Assembly: GCA_009914755.4 (NCBI GenBank)
Contig: CP068257.2
Location: 36,032,001-36,096,000 of the forward strand
Length of the DNA: 64,000 bases
Source: the human T2T-CHM13v2.0 reference genome, Homo sapiens
Direction of reading: 5' to 3'
How positions within the stretch are numbered: the first letter of the stretch is position 1; every line of letters begins with the position of its first letter. Positions 37,471 to 49,682 of this stretch are shown here, in pieces. Both the position numbers and the translations under genes were made by a program. The notes beneath the pieces were generated by a model. The model was given only the letters and a program-made list of their open reading frames with translations, ran no database searches and was not told where the DNA came from.

Positions 37471-40400
37471 TCTGTGTGAAGTCTTAATCGGGACACGGGT
37501 GGAGACAGGGACCCGTGCATTTATTTGGTCATGGCCTCAAATTCACATGCAGCAGGTGTCAGGATGTAGGCTTGACAGGAAGGAAGGCAGGGGTTGAAAA
37601 AATGGAGGGTGGGCAGAGGTGGGGTGGGCTGGGACAAAACCCAGAGAGCACTCTTCTTAAAGGCAGGCAAATTCAGACTTGCAATACACATTCTGCTGAA
37701 CGAAGCTAATTTCTGAGGAAAGTGAGGCCCAGAGTGGTTAAGTGATTCATGATGGTATCAGGGAGGGCCCTGAGGGTTCTGATCACTCCCAGCACTTGAT
37801 CCAAAGGCCCCAGGCCCTTGGAGGCATTTCAGTGGCTGGCTTGGGTTAAAACTGCATGACAGGCGCCTCTTAACCTGGGCCTCTTGGGCCTGGAAAATTG
37901 GCTGCTGGAAGGGAGAAAGGCTAAGGGTAGCGTCCCAGCCGGTATCTCAGCAACGCGGGGTTACAGGCCGCAGGATGAGTGCTCCAGCTGACCCAGACTC
38001 ACCACTTTTCAGTTGTCATGCAAGCAAGCAAACACTTCCCAATTCCAGGCCAGAAATCTTTCTAAACTGTGGCAGCCGCTTCCCTTTCTTCACAAGCAGA
38101 CGGCACTGGGTATAATTTAAGCTTTTTCTTCATGTCTCCGTGCCATCTTGCTGAAACATCAGCTACTGTTCTGTCCTTCAATGCAGACCTGGCCTCAGGA
38201 GATTGTAAGGTGGGTAGAAACATTGGCTTTTCTCATAAAGGATTCCAGACAGTGACGTGTTTGGGCTTTTTTTCTTTGATTTATAGCTCTGGGCTTTTTT
38301 TCCATTCACTGTCAGACTTGCCTCTTGTTGCTCTCAATGTGCCTGTTTTATAGCAAATCCATCTCCTCCCTTTATTTGCTGCTTTGGTCTCCTCTGGTCT
38401 GGGAGACCAGTCAGCTCTGAGCTTGTTAGGATTTCTTATTAGAAAAACAATAAATAAAAAGGACACACCTCTGCTTAGCTTCCAGCATCGGTCTTAGATG
38501 CTGGGATGGACTGCACGGGCATTGTGGCATCTTCTGTGATTGCATTTCTCCCCTCAGTTTGGAGTTCTTAGTTGTATTCTAGAGTCTAGATGGATAAAGT
38601 TGCTAGATAAACAAGTGCCAGATGATGGAATGGTTTCTTTGTTCTACCAATAGCATATTCAATAACTGTGGATGATTTAAAGTGTTTTTGTTCACTGAGT
38701 CCTACCATCTGAGATGGAAGGTGTCCTTCTTATCTGACCTGTTTTAGGCATAAAACACATGAATGAGAAATAGAGAACTCTCTATTTCTATAGCTGATTT
38801 TTAAAGAGCTTGGCAGACAGGTGTTTCTTCTTCTTTATTTTTCTCTTATAAGGATAATTTTAGAGCAAAACTGTTCTAACATATTTGAATTATATGTGAT
38901 GGGATTCCCAGCTCATCTCATTCAAATTCAACCTAAAAAAGAAGCATTACCTGCTAATTCCTTATTAGTAAGCACTTTTTCTAACTTGACATTTTTAGAT
39001 GTTTGAACCATCTGTCATTTTACAGGCAAATGGAACCTCTTGAGTACTAGAGATACACCCGTATTTTAAAAGCATTTTTTTTTTTTTAAAATCTACTACA
39101 TTCTAGATTCTATGCTATGTTTTTTTTTATCATCTAATTTAATAATCATTGAAACCTAGCCAGGCAGGAATCTCATCAGATAAAGAATATGAGGTCCAGG
39201 GAAATCAGATCAGTCAGTCAAGGACACAGCTAATGAGCAGGAGGGACAGGGCATGAGTGAAAGGGCTCTGGACACAAGTCCAGGGCTTTTCCTAATGAGC
39301 CTAACCTTCGTTTTTCAGCTTAATGGGATGTGTGACACAACCCACTGTTGGCCAGGCTTATTCTGTGATATCGGACTCAATGACCCAAGGGGTGGGGGAG
39401 AGGGGTGCAGATGCCAGATAAGGCACCAGAGATTATTCACTTATGAGACATGTCTTCCATGATGGTTGGTTGGAACCCAGACTTAGGTGCCTAGTAAGTA
39501 TTAATATTTTTCTCTTAGTTGTACTATTTTGAAAAACTTACTAGACACAAGGACATGATGAAAGTGTTGGCTGAAGTATCACATCCAAAGAGGGGATGAT
39601 GGCAGTCAAATGGAACAGGTTTGAATATGTTTCATGAATATAATTCTATTGTAGTAGAGATACATTTAGATATATGTATTGTAGATATACACCAAAGGTG
39701 CATATATCATTGGTGATATAAATCACCATATATCGTTGGTGATAAATCAAAGGTGATATAAATCAATGGATATCTGAATGATGTATGTATATGTATAATA
39801 TATCTCTATTCTCTCTGTTCCTCTATCTATTGAAGTGCAGGAGGAAATGAGAAGTCCCATTACAGGAAAGCTTGCAGAGTCTACAGCTTTTCAAAAGCAG
39901 TCACTTTCTGGTGGACAGAGCCCTAGTAATGAAGAAAATGGTGCTCTCCACCCTCCACCATACTTAGTGAGATGAAATTTTGACTAATTGCTCTGCAATC
40001 ACTTCAAAATCATACATACTAAAAAGTCTGATGAATGATAAGAAGTGTCACTTGAAGCAAATTCATAAGCAAAGTATATTTTCTTTTTCTTCTTACTTCC
40101 CCCTTTCAGTGGTTTCCATCTTGTTTTCCTCTGACCTTTTAAGGGGCTCACTGTTCTCATCCTGTCTCTTTGTTATCAGAGCCTCCCAATAGAGGAGAGT
40201 TACAGTTCAGGTCGAACATTCACGGCATGACTTATCTGTCCATCTATCTAACCACAGTCCTCATTCTTAATACATACTAGGCACTCAGTAAATTTCTATC
40301 TTCTCTCTCTTCCTTCCTCTCTCCATTCATTCCTGCCAAGAATTAACAATCTATTGGTGAGAAGAAACCAATTACCACTGAGTATCAGACAAATGACATG

Positions 40401-41455
40401 TCATGCCGGGCTATGTTTATGTTGAAACTCATGGCCCACCGTGAAAGAAAAGGGTTAGTCTCTTAACACATGAAGTATTGGGAGATGAGTGCAAGGGACG
40501 TGGTGGGCTGGGACTTTCACCCACACCATTGCTTCCTATCAGGGAAGCAGTAGTGTCTCCCTGTCAACTAGATGGCTTGGGTCTCAGGCAGAGTCAAAAG
40601 TTGGGTCTCACATGGCCAAGACACCAACTCACAGATTCTCCATTAATGACCCCCACTCCTGCATTCGTAGGGAATTTAATTTTAGATAAATTATTTCAAA
40701 AAATAGAAATACTCTTATCCCTCTGCAATAAACTACAGATTATCCTTATAAAAATCCTTTCTTTCTCAGTATAAGATTATGCAATTAAAATTGTTTGATT
40801 GACATATGATATAATTATTTCAAAATATCTATATATTTGATAAATTACCAGTGACTATGCTTCTTCATGTCATCATTATGAACTACTCAATGTTCAAAGG
40901 TTTATCATTTTCCATGTAATTATTTTTACATTCAAGGCTTTCTACTCTATAGCATGAACCTGACAATAACGATTCCTCCTTGAATCTGTATTGAAGTTTA
41001 TAAAGCTTCAAGGACTTGTCAATGATACATAAAAAGTTAATTAAAATCATTCAAGGACTGCCTACCATAAGACTTGCAATAAACTGTCTGTTTGCATTGA
41101 AATGATGGGGTGCTCTGTGGGGTAGATTTTCACCTCCAGCCAATGTCTACTGTGGAGCTGCATGCTTGCATTTGTAATGGGCATTGCTGGGATAAAAGGT
41201 CTCAGCTGTGACAGTCTTAGGAAACCTCAGGATTTTTCAATTTTCCAAAGGCCTAAGAGTATTTTCTTGAAATTTCGGCATGGTGCCACAGCTACCAACC
41301 ATGACACCTGGCTCAGTGAATAGTCTATGGCCACAGCCAGGGCACAAATGTGAATTTTAAAAATTCCACAAAGCCCCTCCTTTTCCAAACAGAAATTGGA
41401 CATAAATATTCGTACATCAAAGTAACATATTAATGGGTGATACTTCAGGTTACTT

Positions 41456-41766
41456 CTTTTTTCTTTTCTTTTTTTTTTTTTTTGAGATAGAGTCTTGCTC
41501 TGTTGCCCAGGCTGGAGTGCAGTGGCGTGATCTTGGCTCACTGCAACCTCTGCTTCCTACCGGGATCAAGCAATTCTCTTCCTCAGTCTCCTGAGTAGCT
41601 GGGATTGCAGGCATCTGCCACCATACCCGGCTAAGTTTTGTATTTTTAGTAGAGACCAAGGTTTCACCATCTTGGCCAGGCTGGTCTTGAACTCCCAACC
41701 TCGTGATCCACCTGCCTCAGCCTCCTAAAGTGCTGGGATTACAGGCATGAGCCACCGTACCTGGCC
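41456..41766 (-). mobile_element. Full-length Alu SINE (antisense), flanked by TSD CAGGTTACTT
   Basis: cttttttcttttcttttttttttttttgagatagagtcttgctctgttgcccaggctggagtgcagtggcgtgatcttggctcactgcaacctctgcttcc...acaggcatgagccaccgtacctggcc. caggttactt occurs at 41446-41455 and 41767-41776. Confidence 0.93.
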
Positions 41767-42771
41767 CAGGTTACTTTTTCAATTCCAAGCTAAGCAAGCT
41801 TAGGTCACACCTTTGAGGAATAAGGACAGAGACAGATAATTGAATTGTGTGGGGCTGAGAGTGCAGGGTTTCCAACCCCTGAAGCCACTGCAAGGGCAGA
41901 TGGCCAGGTATGGCTAGGACAACAATTTCCTGGCACCCCTAGGCTCAGGTGTAGGGGGGCCTCTGTCAGGACCTCTAAGGATTCCCACAGGGTCTTCATT
42001 TACTAGACTGGAAGTGAGAGACATCTCCCTCCCCTCCCTTATTGGGGGCTGTGATGCTCCCAAATCTTAACTTTCTGATGATTTATCTTCAATGAGGGTG
42101 AAGTGCTGGGCATTTTGACACCCTCCCAGCCTGCTTGGCACAGCCTGCTCAGAGCTCTGGCAGCTCTTGTTGGAAGGTGGGAACTATTGACACCTATTGA
42201 ATGGGAGCATCAGCTGAGACCGACTTCTAAGGAGTTCCTCTGAGGTGTCCCGTATCTTCCTGATTCACAGTTTGGCTTCTGGCTAGAATGGTTTCCAGGA
42301 ACATCTTCAGCCACTGCTCAGTGATTACGGTCTCTGTTCTAGCTTTGCTCAGTTTTTGGCAAATCCAAAATCTGATTTTGGATATGACAGTGGGATATAG
42401 TGAGACATGGTTGGAGGCCACTCGGCAGGGGTGGAATCTGTGTGAGTAACCGCGCACCTGTGCTCACAGGAAAGCACAGCCGTTAGAACTCCTTAGACCC
42501 TGCAGGCAGGCCCCGCTAAGTTAAATAGTGACAGGGACATGAACATATTCATTCAATGTGCTTTTGCTATGATCCACCACTCTGGATCAAACATATTTTT
42601 TGAGACGTTTTGCTGTATAATTAAAAAAAAGGTTTCTCTAACCTCAGCTGATGGCCCATTTATTTCAAGCAGTTTGGGATGTCGTGGCATTCCAGCACTT
42701 AGTCATTTGGGGTTTGAGGCAGTGGAATTTGATATGTGTGTCCATTTCCATGGATTGCATTAGGACAAATA

Positions 42772-42929
42772 CTTAATGCATGCGGGGCTTAAAACCTAGA
42801 TGACAGGTTGATGGGCGCAACAAACCACCATGGCACATGTATACCTATGTAACAAAGCTGCATGTTCTGCACAAGTATCCCAGAACTTAAAGTAAAAACA
42901 AAAACCAAAAAATCCCAAAAAACAAAAAA
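42772..42929 (+). mobile_element. LINE-1 extreme 3' end fragment (3' UTR tail plus A-rich tail), sense
   Basis: aatgcatgcggggcttaaaacctagatgacaggttgatgggcgcaacaaaccaccatggcacatgtatacctatgtaacaaagctgcatgttctgcacaagtatcccagaacttaaagtaaaaacaaaaaccaaaaaa matches the canonical L1 3' terminus (aatgggtgcagcacaccaacatggcacatgtatacatatgtaacaaacctgcacgttgtgcacatgtaccctagaacttaaagtataataaaaaa). Confidence 0.85.
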
Positions 42930-45379
42930 CGTAGAGTGGCAGACAAATTCCCATTTAATATTTGTGTTTCAACTGCCTCTCCCTTTACCCTTGAGAAAAA
43001 AAGGCAATGCATTTTTTTTTTCCTTCAGAATAATTTCCAAGGAGCAGCATTAGGGGTGTGAATGGTACTTAAAGTGTGTGGATTTAAAGTAGACAGAAGA
43101 ATCAATATATTCTCCTCAGCAGTGCCAGTCCCAGCTCCCACACTGATCTGCTGTAAGGATGTTGCCTCTATCCCAAGCCCCATTTTAGTGCAACAATTTG
43201 GAAACTGACGGGAATGTGGGGGGCCAATAGGAACCGTGTCTTGATTAGACATGTGCTGGCCTGAGAGACAACATTCTCTTCTGCCAGGATGTTGGGGCCC
43301 AATGGTTGGGGCCTTCCTGCTCTCTGAAATAGAGTTTAGGTTCTGGCTTTGGAGTGAATCAGGAAAATGGCAGAACCCTTCAAATTCACTTTCAAAGAGA
43401 CATAGAATATTGACAATGTGACATTCTCTAACAAACAAAATGTTTCCATTGATAACCACAAATTACTCAGCGATCTGCCAAGGAACCATTGATTTAGCCC
43501 AAATTTCTAAGGCCACTCCCCTCACCTAAATGGTTATTTCATTAAACTTAGAGCGAAAGGGTAGCATTAGATATGCTAAGCTTTACTCTTAACATAGATA
43601 CCAAGAAGGGACAGTTTTTGACGCAAATCTTTATTTGGGTTGACAAGAGCCACAAAGAAACTCATTCTGTAAGTGAGCTTCTACAAAGTGTCACTAGTGA
43701 CTGCCGCACCCTGTGTATGTTCCATCATGTTTTCAAGCTTTTATTAAAAATGGTTAATGGGTAGAGGGAAACATCCCTCTATTTTGACAGCAGGAAATTA
43801 AAAACATGAATCCAACTTGGAAATCCATCAGATGACCTGTTTAAATGTCTTAATTTTTCGAGATAGATGGTACCAAGTGCTATGTTTTCTTGCCACTTGA
43901 AGGTAGAACTGATGTTTTAGGCAACATCCAAGCAATGTCTCGTTCAATGCCACATAAGCAAGACTGTAAGTTCTGCCATCTCTTGATTCACATCACCATT
44001 TGGAGGATGGGGGTCTTAAATTTCTCTGTCACAAGGAGGGGCCCAGGGATTGGCTGAGTTGCAGAATGAAGGAGTATGCAGGAATGAACCACGGCGGATG
44101 AGTCCATAAGACAGAATCCTGGAGGAGAACCAGGAAATCAAACCCTCAAGGTGGGCTGTGTGGATCTGGGACAAGCCGGGAGAGAAGCAGGGGCCACCGT
44201 ACGCCCCTTGGGCCTCTCTAGCAGGCAGGTGCTCGCCCCTGAGAACCTAGATCCTCTCAGACGAGAGTGGGCAGGAAGAGAGGTGGGAGGGGTGGGGGGA
44301 TACAACATAGTGAAAATTTAAAAAATTGATACGTGATTTTGGGATAAAAGCAGAAACACTATTGGATGAGCTAGAACAGAGCTCCCCAGGCCCACAGACA
44401 AATGGTCTAATAGATTAAATGGTGACACTTTGATAATCATTATAAAGAAGTTTTTCATAGAACTGTTACCTTTTGGTAGTCTGGCTTCCTCATGCCCTCC
44501 CTCCAGCGGTACCCACTTTCTTCCCTCAACCTGAACTCATTCCTGCAGAAATACTTTTCACGCTTTTCATTTCTTCCATGTGCCCACTATCTTCATTCAA
44601 TTATTTACCATTTTTTTTTTAAAAAAACAAACATTGGAACAAATATAATAAAACTTCTTTACATTGATTATCTAAACATTGACATTTAATCCCCTAGCCT
44701 TTTTGTCTAACAGTTTTGTGTTGTGCCAGCCACTGGGCAAATGGTGCCTTCCTGCCAGAGGGGCGTGGGAAGTAAGAAAGTGCTGAGAAGGTTCTGGAGG
44801 GAGAAAGGCCCCTCCTGGGACAGAGGTGGTGTTCCCCACACTGCAGCCTCAGATACCTGTGGGCCCTGAGTTTTCCTGAAGGCACTTTCTGCTGCTGTGG
44901 AGGTGACGATTGGACCCATGGATGGCCGGCTGTGTGTTTATCTTAGTGCTTCTCACCAGGACAGCCTCCCATCACCTTCACTCAGACCCTTGACCTCCTC
45001 CACCTTGATGGTTCTTTTAGTGAGGACAAGCTCACACGTTCAAATAGAGAAGGGGCATGGCCAGCTTTGGAGAAAGAGTACTGTTAGCATTTTTGGTATC
45101 TTTCAATACTGCCTGACTGTGGAATAAGAAGCCACATTTTACATATAGGGATTTTGCCTTACATAACTTTAGATAAAGCACCATCGATCAAGCTACATGT
45201 GTGGCCCTTACAACATTTTAGTCTGCAAAAAGTCAGGTTCTCTATTCCAGGTGTCAGCGGTGTGTCGGGGAACTTATGTGGAGGCTACAGACTTTTAGTG
45301 ATGATGAAAACATTGTGTCCCTTTATTATTGCTCTGATTTGGTCCAAGAAGAATAGAAGTACTTTGCGTAATGTCATGG

Positions 45380-45752
45380 ACTGAATTGTGCACCCCCCAA
45401 GTTCCTATGCTGAAGCCCTAACTCCCAATGTGACTGTACTTAGAGGAGGTCCCAAAGGTGAAACGTCCCACTGTCTACTCATTGTATTGTATCAGGTGGG
45501 GAACCTGATCCAGTAGTTCCAGAAGAGACACAAAAGAGGGCTCCTTCTCTCTGTGCCTGCACAGAGGAAAGGCCCCGTGAAGATAGAGTGGGAAGGCCTT
45601 CATGCTAGGAAGAAGGCCCTCACCAGGAACCCAAGCTACCTCTATCTGGGACTTCCAGCCTCCAGACTGTTAGTAAATAAATATCTGTTGTTTAAGCTGC
45701 CTAGCCTATGATATTTTGTTATGGCAGCCTGAGCTGACTAATATACACAGCA
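45380..45752 (+). mobile_element. MaLR LTR (MST/THE1-type), near full length
   Basis: ctgaattgtgcaccccccaagttcctatgctgaagccctaactcccaatgtgactgtacttagaggaggtcccaaaggtgaaacgtcccactgtc...gaaggccctcaccaggaacccaagctacctctatctgggacttccagcctccagactgttagtaaataaatatctgttgtttaagctgcctagcctatgatattttgttatggcagcctgagctgactaatatac matches the MST/THE1 LTR consensus pattern (tgtgtcccctcaaaattcatatgttgaagccctaacccccaatgtgatggtatttggagatggggcc...ccagcctccagaactgtgagaaataaatgtttgttgtttaagccacccagtctatggtattttgttatagcagcctgaactaagaca). Confidence 0.7.
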
Positions 45753-48700
45753 TATAACACAGCCAATTTCAGGGGTGGTGCTATGGAGAGAGTAGCCCCT
45801 AGGGTAGGGACCTAAAAAGCACCAGGAATGAAGTGAGCATGCACACCATAATGATGCACAATCTTGCTGCATGCCCAATAAATTTGATTCCAGGCATTGT
45901 TGCAACCACAAGGGAGACCTGGCTTGTTACAGAACTTAACAGTGTCCATCCCATAAAAGGAAATCAATGGCTAAGCAAAAGTCCAACTATTCTTAGTGCT
46001 GTGACATGAAGAAATTTCCCCAGAGAGTTTGCAACAAGGCAGCTGGTGGGGAAGTTAACACCACCTTCTAGCAGACACAGGGTCAGTTTCACAGGGCTGG
46101 TTTTTACATTATGCAGCTCAATAAAAGTAGTGGGCTTCTAAGTGTAGGGTGGCTCTTTGATCCTCCTGCAGGTGTTAAGAGCTGGGTCTGAGACTTCTGG
46201 AAGAATGCAGGAGCTGTGACTTTATGCAGACCTCCCTACATGTTTTCACTCCAGATCAACATGCTGGTAAGTATTGGAGTGAGGAGCTTGGGATTTCTCC
46301 CTGACAGTTTCTGGAAGGCAGTGTTTTTGAGCTATGAGTTTAGTTCAGATACGTGTACTTAGCAGCCAGTTAAGCTGGGCTAGAACCGACCTCTTTTGTA
46401 AATGGAGGGACCTGGTATGAATATCTTCTCGGTACACCAAGTGCCTATGTCTTGGCTTCTAAAGACCATTCCCTAGTAAAAGGAACAAGGAATCTTTGGA
46501 GAAATGTCTGACTCCAGAGCTGGAGCTGAAAAAGTCCAAGGTGAGCCTGTAACATCTTTTTGTGCCAGAAAAAAGGAAGAACACACAAAATGATTATGTT
46601 CAAAGGGCAAAGAGCCACTAGAAAGGGATCCCACTGGCCAGATCTGGGATAATGTGAGCATCACAAATAATATCAGTAGCAGATTATAACTCATTGAATA
46701 CAAGAGGAATCCATGAATCCATACTGATATAGATAGATCAATAGATAACTAAGGGAGGGGAAAAGCTCTTCCTTATAGCTGAAAGAGAACACATCAATGT
46801 AGAAAGAACCATGCATTCAGAGGTAACCATCGTAGAAATAACCGATTCAGGTTAGAATTATCGATGAATGCTAAAAGCAAAGTTTGAGGAGGAATAAGAT
46901 ATTTACATGGCCTCAAAGTAACTGCTCTGAGATACTTCTTACAAGGTGAAAACTAGTAATTTTAAAGTGAAGAAACCTGGCAGACACCACCTGAGCCAGA
47001 GATAGAAGTTAACATCATTCAAATTAGGAAAAGCTGACCTTATGTGCCTCCTGATATAATGCACTGGGAGGGACACAGCACCACTTTGTATTCTTGCCCC
47101 ACAGACATAACCTAAATCTAATCATGAAAAGAACATTAAAAACCTTAAGTTGAGGCACATGCTACAAAATAACTGCTCTATAGTCTTCAAAAAATTAATG
47201 TCATGAAAGATAAGGAAAGACAGAAGAATTCCACTAGATAATATGAGATTGAGAGACATGACAACAAAGTACGACCTGGGATTTCCTAGAATATAAGAAG
47301 AAATGGTTGGAAAAATTGGCAAAATCTGAATCAAGTCTGCAGATGCTACTATATCAGATTAGATATAGTAGCATTATGTCAATATGCATTTTCTGATTTT
47401 GAAAATCACACTGTGGTTTTGTAAGACTGTCTTCACTTTTACATAACTGCATCATGCCTACAGTTTACTTTCAAATGATTAAAAAAACTCACATGTATAC
47501 ATGCATTCACACATACATCTACATGTGTGTCTATATCTAGAGAGAATGATAGATGTGGTAAAATGTGGAAGATCATTCCTTCTGCCCCTAGCTCCTGAGG
47601 TAGCATGGCGAACAGGATCAATTTCATGATCTGAAATGAGTTAGCTGTGTTGAGCTTTTGTAGCCAGATTCACTCATCAAATTGTCCTCAATGAACTCTC
47701 CTGTGGTTTGGATCCACAGTCAGGCCAAGAGGTATCTTGACAGGCTCCCTAAATTGTCACCAACAGGTGCTGTGGTCTTCATGTGCTCAGCATGGTGCCA
47801 AGGGGAGGAGGGAGCGAGAAGACCATAAGACGATTGTTTGACCACCGTGTGGCTTAATTCTGCCTGGAGAAATGTCATTGACATGGGGGAAGTAGGAAAC
47901 AGAACAGGGGCCAATGGGGTGCTCCCCTTGCTGGGGAGAGCTAAACTGGTTTGAGGAGGGAGCACAGGATTGGCTGAACCCTGTGAGGCCTCATGGAAGA
48001 GGCAGAGCTTGCTTGGACCTTACAGGGTGTGAAGAATTTCGATTGGCTGGGGGAAAGGAGCCATAGAAAGTGGGGTGGGAAAGACAGAGAACAAAGCAAG
48101 CCGGGAAGAACCTGAGTATTCCCAATGTGTGTTTTCCAGGGAAAATCCATTCTAGAAGAAAACGACTTTGAGTTGAGAAATTTCATATGTGCTACTGGTA
48201 CTCAAGCGTTTGTTGCAATTATTCTGATCCAAGGTCCTGCCTATCAGCTGGATAGGAATTAAGCCAAACCACATCTTAGGGTCTTTGTGAGGGCTTCCCA
48301 CCAACCACATTTGGTTGGTTTGGTGATGAGAAAGTTCAAACAATATTCCTTGGGGGCCATGTTGGCAATAGTTGATCTGTGTGATTGGATGCATTTTCAA
48401 AGAGTTTGTTAATGGTGCCTTTCTGCATAGACAGTGTTCCACAATCGCCTGAGAGAGGATAAGGTTGTGTGGTGTGGATGTGTGATTTATATTTGTTGAT
48501 GGTACATTATTCTAAGTTACACTCAGTCTCCTAGGCAAATGGGGGTGGGAGAGAGAGGAGTTTGCACAAAGAGAGTCTCTTTTGGAGTGGGTGGAGTTTG
48601 GGACCTTTAACGTTCAAATGCATTTATGATAAGAATAAATGTCGGTGTGAGGAGTTGGGACACTTTAAGTAGTGGGAGTACTTTTCACCCAAAGAAAGAC

Positions 48701-49217
48701 AGAGCAAGCCCAAAAGGAAATGGGGGCATTGGTGCAAACACTCGTTAAACAAAGACACTCATGCTCTTTTATCATTTTCTTTGAAAACAGAATGTTAATA
48801 ATAGTACTGTTTACTGCGGGATCTCTGCTTTTGAACAGAAGTTCAATTTTATCTTCCTCCCAAAGGTCAGGAAACCTCATCTCCCCCTTATTTTCTCATC
48901 CAGGGAGAATGCAAATGCAAATACACATGCAAATGATCTCATCTCCTCATGGACTGTGGCCACTTCTGCCTGTCCAGGAGAAATGGATGCTGGCTGCCCT
49001 GCTTCTCCAGGCGGGGGCTGCCCTTGCTGCATCCTGGCAGTGATGATGCGGTGCCCACTCGAAGAGCGGTTCTGGCTGGGAGTGCGGGAGGGGGGCTCAT
49101 GGTCTTCCTGCTGTTCCCCTCCTCATCGAAAATGTTTTCTTATGTATATGATTCCATTCCATATTGTATTGTAATTTGTTTTTATGTGAGGAAAGAATTA
49201 AAAATAGTTTTGACTTT

Positions 49218-49382
49218 TGTTGTTGTTGTTTGAGACAGGATCTCGCTCTGTTGCCCAGGCTAGAGTGCAGTGGCACCATCATAGCTCACTGCAGCCTTTC
49301 GACCTCCTGGACTCAGCTGATCCTCCTGCCCCAGCCTCTCTAGTAGCTGAGACCACAAACGAGCGCCACCATGCCCAGGTAA
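49218..49382 (-). mobile_element. Partial Alu (antisense, right-arm only), truncated / interrupted by the Alu inserted at 49383
   Basis: ttgttgttgtttgagacaggatctcgctctgttgcccaggctagagtgcagtggcaccatcatagctcactgcagcctttcgacctcctggactcagctgatcctcctgccccagcctctctagtagctgagaccacaaacgagcgccaccatgcccaggtaa. Confidence 0.75.
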
Positions 49383-49682
49383 TTTTTTTTTTTTTTTTTG
49401 AGACAGAGTCTTGCTCTGTCACCCAGGATGGAGTGCAGTGGCACGATCTTGGCTTACTGTAATCTTTACCTTCAGGGTTCAAATGATTCTCATGCCTCAG
49501 CCTCCTGAGTAGCTGGGATTATATGTGTGTGCCACCACGCTTGGCTAATTTTTTTGTATTTTTAGTAGAGATGGGGTTTCACCATCTTGGCCAGGCTGGT
49601 CTTGAACCCCTGGGCTCAAGCCATCCTCCTGCCTTGGCCTCCCAAAGTACTGGGATTTCAGGTGTAAGCCACGGCACCTGGC
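49383..49682 (-). mobile_element. Full-length Alu SINE (antisense), inserted in the linker region of the preceding partial Alu
   Basis: tttttttttttttttttgagacagagtcttgctctgtcacccaggatggagtgcagtggcacgatcttggcttactgtaatctttaccttcagggttcaaatgattctcatgcctcagcctcctgagtagctgggatt...tcaggtgtaagccacggcacctggc. Confidence 0.9.
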